This document shows, in pieces, positions 1 through 8,500 of a stretch of DNA of 64,000 nucleotides; positions within the stretch are counted from its first letter, which is position 1; every line of letters starts with the position of its first letter. Location: the IMG/VR virus record IMGVR_UViG_3300035228_000987, positions 908-64,907 of that record, one strand, 5' to 3'. Below the pieces are notes generated by a model. It was not told the DNA's origin. It did not search any database and was given only the letters and a program-made list of their open reading frames with translations. The position numbers and the translations under genes are program-made. The DNA is from a virus (taxonomy: Duplodnaviria > Caudoviricetes).

Positions 1-2
1 TT

Positions 3-107
3 GTAGACTATATGGGTTTCAATGATGGCACAACTCCTGACGGTGTATCATATACTGATGCCAATCTTAATTTAGTTGAATTGGATGAAATGATCAAAGA
101 ACTCTGA
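3..107 (+). CDS. 3' end of a small hypothetical early protein (truncated by window edge)
   Basis: Open frame VDYMGFNDGTTPDGVSYTDANLNLVELDEMIKEL* ending TGA at 105-107. Confidence 0.6.
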   Translation, partial: VDYMGFNDGTTPDGVSYTDANLNLVELDEMIKEL

Positions 108-150
108 TCACTAAGTAACCCTTACTCGTTCACTCACTAATTCACACACA

Positions 151-588
151 ATGACAGTCACTTTGACCACAAGCTACAAACAATTCGTTTCTGCTAATGT
201 TGCAGAAAAGATTGAACAATTGCTGGATTATTGTTATGATCTCTCCGCAATGTTGGAGTTTATTGATGACTATAGTGAAGATGATTTCGTTAACTTTTAT
301 GATGAATATGTTCGTTGTGGTGAACAGATTGGTTATGAGGCAGTTGATGCTTTGATTAAAGAAATGGGTTGCGTTTCTTATATTGAAGAATGTGATGAAC
401 GTTATCAGGGTACATATGAAAATGAGGCAGATTTCGCTGAATCTTATACATCTGAACTCTATGGTGATGTTCCCTCTTATGTTGTCGTGGATTGGGAATC
501 AACTTGGGAGGCAAATCTTCTTCATGAGTTCACTTCTTGTAGTGATGGTTCTTCTTATCGTTCGTGTCATATATTCCGCGATTATTGA
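151..588 (+). CDS. ardA: ArdA-like anti-restriction (DNA-mimic) protein
   Basis: Very acidic 145 aa with ArdA C-terminal-like motif YQGTYENEADFAE...VPSYVVVDWESTWE. Confidence 0.7.
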   Translation: MTVTLTTSYKQFVSANVAEKIEQLLDYCYDLSAMLEFIDDYSEDDFVNFYDEYVRCGEQIGYEAVDALIKEMGCVSYIEECDERYQGTYENEADFAESYTSELYGDVPSYVVVDWESTWEANLLHEFTSCSDGSSYRSCHIFRDY

Positions 589-595
589 TATTTAC

Positions 596-632
596 TGGCA
601 CGAACGAATGGGTTGTCGTTCGTGCCACTTTT
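596..632 (+). terminator. Rho-independent terminator after ardA-like gene
   Basis: Perfect 12-bp stem TGGCACGAACGA (596-607)/TCGTTCGTGCCA (616-627) followed by CTTTT. Confidence 0.7.
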
Positions 633-887
633 GACCACTAAGTGTCATTTTGACAGTGTTTTTATGCGGTCGCCGTTGATGTGCGGCGGGCGATGCGGTT
701 TATAAAAACGCTAACTACCCTAACCTACAACGAACCCAAATCGCTCTCGAGATATCAGGTCTCAAAAAAAATTCCGAGTATAAAAAAGGGGACTCAAAAC
801 CCCCGTCAAGAAAAAAAATCGCCCAGATTTCTGAGAGTGTGTGGGATCAGACATAAATATATGTAAGGTGAATAAAAACTACAATAC

Positions 888-1058
888 ATGTATCGCATTA
901 TTGCAAAAAACACCAACGTAATATTCTGCAGAGATCTAAACACGAAAGAAGATGCAGAGAGAAAACTGCTAACCATTCATGGTATGATAGCAATCAGTGG
1001 CATTCGTACCGAGTATGTGCAAGATGATTTTGCAATTGAGTATTACGAGACAAACTAA
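888..1058 (+). CDS. Hypothetical protein, 56 aa (below ORF-track cutoff)
   Basis: ATG 888 to TAA 1058 (MYRIIAKNTNVIFCRDL...), preceded by late-promoter-like CATAAATA at 852-859. Confidence 0.55.
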   Translation: MYRIIAKNTNVIFCRDLNTKEDAERKLLTIHGMIAISGIRTEYVQDDFAIEYYETN

Positions 1059-1105
1059 ATATTAAAGAGATGCGTCAAGAGATATATTAATATCCTCAAA
1101 AATTT

Positions 1106-1134
1106 TTGACAAATCATTCTATTTCCTGTAAACT
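1106..1134 (+). promoter_or_regulatory. Sigma70-type promoter upstream of glycosyltransferase
   Basis: TTGACA (1106-1111), 17-nt spacer, TAAACT (1129-1134). Confidence 0.65.
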
Positions 1135-1158
1135 TGAACTGAACAAAAGGTAATTTCT

Positions 1159-1926
1159 ATGGCAAAAGGTTTTGTTGTGAAGGCAAAGAATCCTTCCGAG
1201 GCTGGTCCTGAGTGGGACTATGATGCAATCAAGAAGCGAATGGCAGGTAAGAAGATTGTATTCTGCCTTCCTGGTCGTGGGTGTTCATTTACCTTTCTAA
1301 AGAACTTCGTACAACTATGTTTTGACATGGTGCAGAATGGTATGAGTATTCAGATTTCTCAGGACTATTCATCCATGGTGAACTTTGCACGTTGTAAGGT
1401 TCTTGGAGCAAACGTGCTGCGCGGTCCTAAGCAAGTTCCATGGGACGGCAATTTGGAGTATGATTATCAGTTATGGATTGATAGTGACATTGTATTCAAC
1501 ACCGAGAAGTTTTGGCAACTGTGTGATCTTGCAGTTCCTGCAGAGGGCGACGAGCGTGAGATTGCATGTGGTTGGTATATGACCGAGGATGGATTCACCA
1601 CTTCTGTTGCACATTGGTTAGAAGAGGATGAGTTCCGTAAGAATGGTGGAGTCATGAATCACGAAACAGGTGAGACAATGCCGAAGCGTCGTAAGCCATT
1701 TACTGTTGACTATACAGGATTTGGTTGGACAATGATTAAGAACGGTGTCTTTGAGCGTATGGAGTATCCATGGTTTGCTCCGAAGATGCAGGTCTTTGAA
1801 TCTGGTGCTGTACAAGATATGTGCGGAGAGGATGTAAGTTTCTGTTTGGATGCAAAGGAACTTGGTATGGAGACCTGGTGTGATCCTCGTATTCGTGTGG
1901 GTCATGAGAAGACTCGCGTCATCTGA
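1159..1926 (+). CDS. GT-A fold glycosyltransferase-like protein
   Basis: DxD motif (QLWIDSDIVF), GFGWTMIK and GEDVSFC motifs, and C-terminal RVGH, typical of phage GT2-like proteins. Confidence 0.75.
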   Translation: MAKGFVVKAKNPSEAGPEWDYDAIKKRMAGKKIVFCLPGRGCSFTFLKNFVQLCFDMVQNGMSIQISQDYSSMVNFARCKVLGANVLRGPKQVPWDGNLEYDYQLWIDSDIVFNTEKFWQLCDLAVPAEGDEREIACGWYMTEDGFTTSVAHWLEEDEFRKNGGVMNHETGETMPKRRKPFTVDYTGFGWTMIKNGVFERMEYPWFAPKMQVFESGAVQDMCGEDVSFCLDAKELGMETWCDPRIRVGHEKTRVI

Positions 1927-2066
1927 TGATTAATATCCTTTATAAGGGTAGAGTGATTCATAGGAATCTCAGTCATGAAGAATGTGCCGAGATCCTTGAC
2001 GAAATGTCAGAACAAGTTTATGATGGTGAAGTAGATCCCACCGAAATTGAATTAGAGGAAAATTAA
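1926..2066 (+). CDS. Small acidic hypothetical protein, 46 aa
   Basis: ATG overlaps the upstream stop (TGATG); MINILYKGRVIHRNLSHEECAEILDEMSE... Confidence 0.6.
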   Translation: MINILYKGRVIHRNLSHEECAEILDEMSEQVYDGEVDPTEIELEEN

Positions 2067-2067
2067 A

Positions 2068-2214
2068 ATGGCAAGGATTAAGAAATCTCTTATGGGTTCT
2101 CTAATTGTAGAACCCAGTCCCAAGAATACTCGGCAAGGAAACGGAAAGCATACCAAGTATGCCGCAACCAGTCGTAACAAAGCACGAAAAGCATATCGGG
2201 GTCAAGGTAAATAA
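2068..2214 (+). CDS. Small basic protein, 48 aa, ending YRGQGK
   Basis: ATG 2068 to TAA 2214; Lys/Arg-rich; followed by a terminator. Confidence 0.7.
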   Translation: MARIKKSLMGSLIVEPSPKNTRQGNGKHTKYAATSRNKARKAYRGQGK

Positions 2215-2220
2215 TCCGAT

Positions 2221-2250
2221 ACCTCCACCGCATCAGGTGGAGGTTTTTTT
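2221..2250 (+). terminator. Rho-independent terminator
   Basis: ACCTCCACC-gcatca-GGTGGAGGT followed by a T run. Confidence 0.85.
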
Positions 2251-2281
2251 ATAGATACATAGCAAGAACATATGAGAACAT

Positions 2282-2935
2282 ATGAGTCAACTGGTTGTAA
2301 ATTTACCTCCACAAAAGGTTTGGGTTCGTAAGGAGTATCTTCGTGATCATCAAGATGGTCATGGAGAATTTGTAGAGGGTATTTGGGTTACTGCAAAGTC
2401 CATTCCAGGACGTGCATTTTATTTTGAAACTTATTTGCCACAATATGGGGCGCTTTATGATAAGTTACCCATTAGCGCGTTCCTTTCACGACCGGAAACT
2501 CCTGAGATAGATCTTGACTTGCCTAACCTACAATTTTGGAATTGTATGGATTATGGTGTTCGTTGTATTGAGAAACAATTCATTGGTTCAATGGACTTTG
2601 AAGTGCGTTCAAGAAACTATGGTAATCTCAAAGGAGAATATTTGTTTACCCTAGATAACTTTCATCCGGATGTTGATATCACAAATTGTAACGTAAGTGA
2701 AGTTCCAGAGGAGCATAAGTCTCATAACTGTATTGAACTTGAAAATGGACAATTTGCTCTGTATCCGAACAACAGAATGAGAGTATATGATCTGTCAATA
2801 ACACCAGAAAATCCCCAAACACCTGATTTTAAGGTCTCTACTAAGTATTATCAGGTTGAGAATGGAGTAAGATGGGGTAGATTAGGTGATACTGACGAAT
2901 ATTTCTGGGAAACACCAGAAGAAAAACAAAATTAA
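2282..2935 (+). CDS. Conserved marine-phage hypothetical protein
   Basis: 217-aa ORF with VWVRKEYL, LYDKLPISAF and GQFALYPNNR motifs; lies upstream of g25. Confidence 0.8.
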   Translation: MSQLVVNLPPQKVWVRKEYLRDHQDGHGEFVEGIWVTAKSIPGRAFYFETYLPQYGALYDKLPISAFLSRPETPEIDLDLPNLQFWNCMDYGVRCIEKQFIGSMDFEVRSRNYGNLKGEYLFTLDNFHPDVDITNCNVSEVPEEHKSHNCIELENGQFALYPNNRMRVYDLSITPENPQTPDFKVSTKYYQVENGVRWGRLGDTDEYFWETPEEKQN

Positions 2936-2954
2936 TCGCAAAAGGAGAAATTTA

Positions 2955-3128
2955 ATGACTAATCCAGACAGAGATTCCAAGTATATGCATAAAATGTGGG
3001 GTACATCCACTCTAATTACTGATTATTGGTCAGGAAAAGTGCTTCAGAAGGAGTTGAGAGAAGTTACAGGTGATTCTGATACCGAGAAAAATCAAGATTC
3101 TGACGATACCGAGACACTTCTTGAATAA
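2955..3128 (+). CDS. Hypothetical protein, 57 aa
   Basis: SD AGGAG at 2943-2947 favours ATG 2955 (MTNPDRDSKYMHKMWGTSTLITDYW...) over the track start at 2886. Confidence 0.65.
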   Translation: MTNPDRDSKYMHKMWGTSTLITDYWSGKVLQKELREVTGDSDTEKNQDSDDTETLLE

Positions 3129-3144
3129 AACGGTTTTTAAGTTT

Positions 3145-3152
3145 AATAAATA
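3145..3152 (+). promoter_or_regulatory. T4-type late promoter (variant)
   Basis: AATAAATA just upstream of g25. Confidence 0.55.
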
Positions 3153-3173
3153 TGGTAGAACCGTAGTATTTTC

Positions 3174-3584
3174 ATGCCTGTAGAGATTCAAAAACGAGTA
3201 TCTCTTGGATTTAAGGATATTAACATGTCCTTTAAGAAAAACCCATTGACAAATGACCTTATTGTCGTGAAAAATGAGAATGCAATTGCACAGTCTGTAA
3301 AGAATCTGGTGTTAACTGGGAGAGGTGAGCGACTCTTTAATCCAAATATTGGATCTGGACTCGCTCAAGCACTCTTTGAAAACATAGATGTAATATCAGC
3401 ATCACAAATACAGTCTGAGATTAATTCTTTACTGAGGGATTTTGAACCAAGAATCAACTTGACAGACGTAAAGGTTGATCCAGACTTTGAAAATAATGCT
3501 TTTAATGTAACTGTTGAGTATGAAATAACTGGAATTAATACTCCAATACAAGTTCTAAGGTTTCCATTAACAAAAACTAGGTAG
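3174..3584 (+). CDS. gp25: Baseplate wedge subunit gp25
   Basis: NAIAQSVKNLVLT.RGERLFNPNIGS...FEPRI motif; directly precedes gp6. Confidence 0.93.
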   Translation: MPVEIQKRVSLGFKDINMSFKKNPLTNDLIVVKNENAIAQSVKNLVLTGRGERLFNPNIGSGLAQALFENIDVISASQIQSEINSLLRDFEPRINLTDVKVDPDFENNAFNVTVEYEITGINTPIQVLRFPLTKTR

Positions 3585-3588
3585 ATAA

Positions 3589-5499
3589 ATGCCACTAGTT
3601 AAATTTGCCAATCTTGATTTTGATCAAGTAAAGGAATCTATAAAAGATTACTTAAGATCTAACTCAAATTTTACCGATTACGACTTTGAAGGGTCAAACC
3701 TATCGGTAATTATTGATACGCTTGCTTATAATACCTATATTACCTCATATAATGCTAACATGCTTAGTAATGAGGTTTTCATTGATAGTGCAACATTGAG
3801 AGAAAACGTAGTTTCTCTTGCAAAAAATATTGGGTATACGCCAAGATCAAGAAAAAGTTCAAGAACTGCAATAAATTTCTTCGTTGATGTATCTGGATTA
3901 ACTTCATCACCACTTACACTGACGTTAAAGGCAGGCGTTGTTGCTACTTCATCACAAAGACTTGGAAATTTATCTTTTACTTTTACGATTCCATCGGATA
4001 TTACCGTACCTGTAGTGAATGGAGTCGCAGATTTCAACAATATTACGATATATGAAGGTTCATATATCACCGAGAAGTTCACGGTTGACTCAAGTATCCC
4101 AAATCAGAGGTTTTTGCTAGGAAATTCCTCGGTTGATAATGGTTCTTTGAGAGTTAAAGTGTTTGAAACCGAGCAATCTACTGCATTTGAAAATTATAAA
4201 CTAAAAACAAATCTATTTGACGTGATTGCAACGTCAAAAGTTTACTTTTTACAAGAAAATGAAGACCAAAGATACGAGATTTTGTTTGGTGATGGTATTT
4301 TTGGTAAGAAATTAGACAATGGTAACTATATTGAGGCAAGTTACTCGGTTACAAGTGGCGAAGATGGTAATAATATCTCTCAATTTTCTTTTGCGGGAAG
4401 ACTTTTAGACAATAATGACACTGTAGTTACCTCTGACATCTCTGGAATTTTTGCTGATGGTCCATCATCGGGAGGTCAAGAGGTTGAATCTGTTGATTCT
4501 ATCAGAAAATTTGCACCAAGAACATATGCCGCTCAAAATAGAGCAGTAACATCAAGCGATTATGAGGCATTGGTGCCACAAATTTACCCAGATGCAGAGT
4601 CAGTCTCGGTCTTTGGTGGTGAAGATCTCAATCCACCAAGATATGGAAGAGTTTATATATCAATTAAACCAATTAATGGACAGTATCTCTCAAGTGCAAT
4701 TAAAGATAACATGAGAGAAGAACTGAAAAAGTACAGTATTGCAGGTATTGTACCCGAAATCAAGGATGTAAAATACACCTATATTGAATTTGCATCTACT
4801 GTGTTCTATGACCCAACCTTATCAGATGAACCATCAGCACTTAAGACGACTATATTAGATAATATAAAGAATTTTACAGACTCTACTGAGATGAATAAGT
4901 ATGGGTCTAAGTTTAAATATAGTAAGTTTACGTCTCTAATTGACAATTCTGATGACTCTATTACCTCAAATATTACAAATATTTTTGTAAGAAGAGATTT
5001 ATCACCAACACTTAGGGCATTTGCTGAGTATGAGATATGTTTCGGCAATAAATTCCATATAGATCCTAATGGTTTTAACTTAAAAACGTCTGGATTTAAG
5101 GTTAGTGGAATCAATAGTACGGTTTATTTCTCTGATGAACCAAACTCTGATGGTAAAACTGGAAAAATATTCTTGTTCAAGGTTGACGAAGAGACAAAAG
5201 CAGGAATTGTTTTGAGATCTGTAGGTACTATTGATTACCTGAAAGGAGAAATTCTTATTGATCCAATAAGAATTACCGAGACATCAAAAACAAATGATTC
5301 CGGTCCTATCATTGAATTTGCTAGTAAACCGTTTTCAAACGATGTTATTGGAAAACAGGAGTTGTATTTGCAACTAGATATTAATAATAGCACCATAAAC
5401 ATGTTGAAAGATAATATATCATCTGGTGCAGATGTATCTGGATCAAATTTTGTTGCAGCAAATAGCTGTGGAAACACTGGTAGTTTAATCAGAAATTAG
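3589..5499 (+). CDS. gp6: Baseplate wedge subunit gp6
   Basis: LDFDQVKESIKDYLR..FTDYDFEGSNLS, FGDGIFGK and QNRAVTSSDYE motifs. Confidence 0.95.
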   Translation: MPLVKFANLDFDQVKESIKDYLRSNSNFTDYDFEGSNLSVIIDTLAYNTYITSYNANMLSNEVFIDSATLRENVVSLAKNIGYTPRSRKSSRTAINFFVDVSGLTSSPLTLTLKAGVVATSSQRLGNLSFTFTIPSDITVPVVNGVADFNNITIYEGSYITEKFTVDSSIPNQRFLLGNSSVDNGSLRVKVFETEQSTAFENYKLKTNLFDVIATSKVYFLQENEDQRYEILFGDGIFGKKLDNGNYIEASYSVTSGEDGNNISQFSFAGRLLDNNDTVVTSDISGIFADGPSSGGQEVESVDSIRKFAPRTYAAQNRAVTSSDYEALVPQIYPDAESVSVFGGEDLNPPRYGRVYISIKPINGQYLSSAIKDNMREELKKYSIAGIVPEIKDVKYTYIEFASTVFYDPTLSDEPSALKTTILDNIKNFTDSTEMNKYGSKFKYSKFTSLIDNSDDSITSNITNIFVRRDLSPTLRAFAEYEICFGNKFHIDPNGFNLKTSGFKVSGINSTVYFSDEPNSDGKTGKIFLFKVDEETKAGIVLRSVGTIDYLKGEILIDPIRITETSKTNDSGPIIEFASKPFSNDVIGKQELYLQLDINNSTINMLKDNISSGADVSGSNFVAANSCGNTGSLIRN

Positions 5500-5512
5500 T
5501 ACGTAGTATAAA

Positions 5513-8500
5513 ATGATCAATAAAAGAATTAAAATCAGTAACGTAGTAGAAAATCAACTACCTGATTTTGTAAAGGATACATATCCTCTTGCTACTGAGT
5601 TTTTAAAATCTTATTACAGATCGCAAGATTCGCAAGGTCTTCCTGCGGATCTAATTAATAATATCGATCAATATCTGAAGTTAGAAAATAATACCAATCT
5701 TGTCTCAAAAACGTCTCTAACCAGAGATATTGAGTTTGTAGACTCCATCATACCTGTAGAGTCTACAACAGGGTTTCCGGACCAATATGGCATCATTCAG
5801 ATTGATTCTGAGATTATCACATATACTGGAATAACAACAAATTCTTTTACTGGTTGTTCAAGAGGATTTAGTGGGATAACCTCACATAGATCTTCAAATA
5901 GACCCGATGAATTAGTATTTTCATCGTCTGAGAGAGATAACCATACAAGTGGGTCTGATGTAAATAATTTAAGTATACTTTTTTTAAAGGATTTTCTAAA
6001 AAAACTTAAGAAACAAATTGCACCTGGTTTTGATAATAGATCTTTAGCAAAAGATTTGAACCAGAGACTTTTCTTATCAAGATCCAAAGATTTTTATGAG
6101 TCCAAAGGTACAAGTCAAGCATACGAGATTCTTTTCAGAGCACTTTACGGAAAAGATGTAGATCTCAATAGACCAAGTGATTATTTGTTCATTCCTTCTG
6201 ATGCTGGATACAGAGTAACAAATGATCTTGTAGTTGAGGCTATATCTGGTAATCCAGAACTCTTAGTTAATAAAACTCTATTCCAAGACAAAAATCAATA
6301 TCATAAAAAAGCATTTGGTACTATTACCAATGTTGAAAAGATTTTTCGCGGAGATAATGAGTATTATGTTATAAGTTTGGATGCTGATTATGGGAGAGAT
6401 ATTGATACTAATTTTGGATCAGTTCGTGGATCATTTGCTATTCATCCCAAGACTTCCATACTTAACAATGTTTCTATCGGATCTACAATCCTAGATGTAG
6501 ATTCAACTATTGGTTTTGCACAGACAGGGCAACTTTCTGCAAAACTTCCTAACGGAACAACAAGTTTACTATCATACACATCTAAATCTTCTACTCAGTT
6601 TTATGGTGTTTCTGGTGTTTCTCAATCACTTGGAGAGACGCAGGATGTGCGTCAAAACACCGTTGCATTTGGATATACTTCTAGGACGCAAGAAAACCCC
6701 GTACAGGTCCGTATAGGGGCAGTTCTGAGTGATTTGACAGTCCCAGACAATACCAATTTATTTGAAAAGGGTGATAAGGTAGAAATAAAGTCTCTTGGAA
6801 AAATATCAGAAGATATAAGAACTAATAATTGGTTCTATAATATTAAGGTAGAGTATAACATATCAAAAATAATCAAACAAGCAAGTACTATTTTTGATCT
6901 AGAGACTAATGATTCAAATATATTGAAAAAAGATGATTTAATTTCTCTTACTGATAATACAGGTGTATCTCAAACTATCTCTATTGATACTATTTTTAGT
7001 GATAAGAGATTCAGAGTAAAAGATCTAGTTCTGAATGAAAATAAGATCTATAGTCTCAAAAAATTATCTCTAAAGGGAAACTCCAATTCATATCCCCAAA
7101 TAAGCAATTTACTTGCAAATGTACAAAATACATACTTGAATGAAGAAGATGTTTATGTAACATCAAACTCCATTCCATCTTATTCATCTAACATTGAACC
7201 AGAAAATTTCTTAGTGAATATAACTGGATCTTTTTCTGGTGAAGAATTAGTTATAGGATCTCATCCATTCTACACCGGAGATGCTGTTCAGTACGTAGGA
7301 ACTGGTTTAAATATATCTTCTGGTACTTATTATGTTAAGGTTGTAAATGCAACAACTATTAAATTATCTGCAAGTAAGCCAAATATAGAAAATGATAAAT
7401 TCTTTACTATTTTTGGTTCTACGACGGACTCCAAGATTGTACAATTTGGATATAAAGGAAAAACACTTGAACCTCAAAAATTAATCCGTAAGTTATCAAA
7501 ACCAGAACAAAGAGATCAAGATTATATTACAAGTCCAGGATCAATTGGTATTTTTGTAAATGGTGTAGAACTTCAAAACTACAAGTCTCAGGATGTTGTG
7601 TATCATGGAGAACTTGAAAATATTATTGTTTCTGCTGAGGGTAGAAATTATGATATTGAAAATCCTCCAATCTTGGACATTGATGATAGATTTGGATCTC
7701 TAGCAACTGGCAAAGTATCGGTAAAAGGAGATCTAAAAAGAATTGAAATTATTGATCCGGGTGTAGATTACCTAGAGATTCCTACAATTACAATATCAGG
7801 AGGGAATGGATTTGGTGCAATTGCAGAATCCTCTCTAATCAATTACATCCACTCGGTTAGATTTAGTGCCAATAAGGCATCAAATCAAGTTGATCTCACA
7901 CTTAATACTATCTCGTTTAATGAAATTCATAAATTCAGAGATGGGGAAAAAATATTTTATAAAACTTCTGGAGGAACTCCAGTTGGTGGACTGGATGATA
8001 GATCAGAATATCACGTAGGTGTTGTTGATTCATTCAGAGTAAAAATGTATAGAACTCTTGATGATGCCGCAAAGGGAATCAATCCTATAAATTTAATATC
8101 CCATGGAACTGGTGCCCATGAAGTAAGTACCGTTGATTATAGAAAGAAAGTTGCATCTATTAGAGTTACTGATTCGGGCAAAAACTACGAGAACAAACAT
8201 AGACAATGCACACCTGTAGGAATTGATACTGCAAAAAATTCTATAAAAATTGATAATCATGATTATCATAATGGAGACATTGTAACATATGAGACAAATA
8301 ATACTGAGGTACTAGGTCTTTCTACATTGTCATCATATTATATCACTAAAATTGATGATAATGAATTTTTTCTTTCTCAAGTTGGTATTGGTACAACCAA
8401 TAAAGACCAATACTACAAATCTAGAGAATTTGTAGATCTAAGATCAACTGGGTCAGGTCTTCACAACTTCAACTATGAACCAATATCTGTAAAAATAAAT

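Noticed and set aside
681-866. 61-aa ORF in the boundary region
   Set aside because: GTG start without SD; its Lys content comes from A-tracts; the region looks non-coding.
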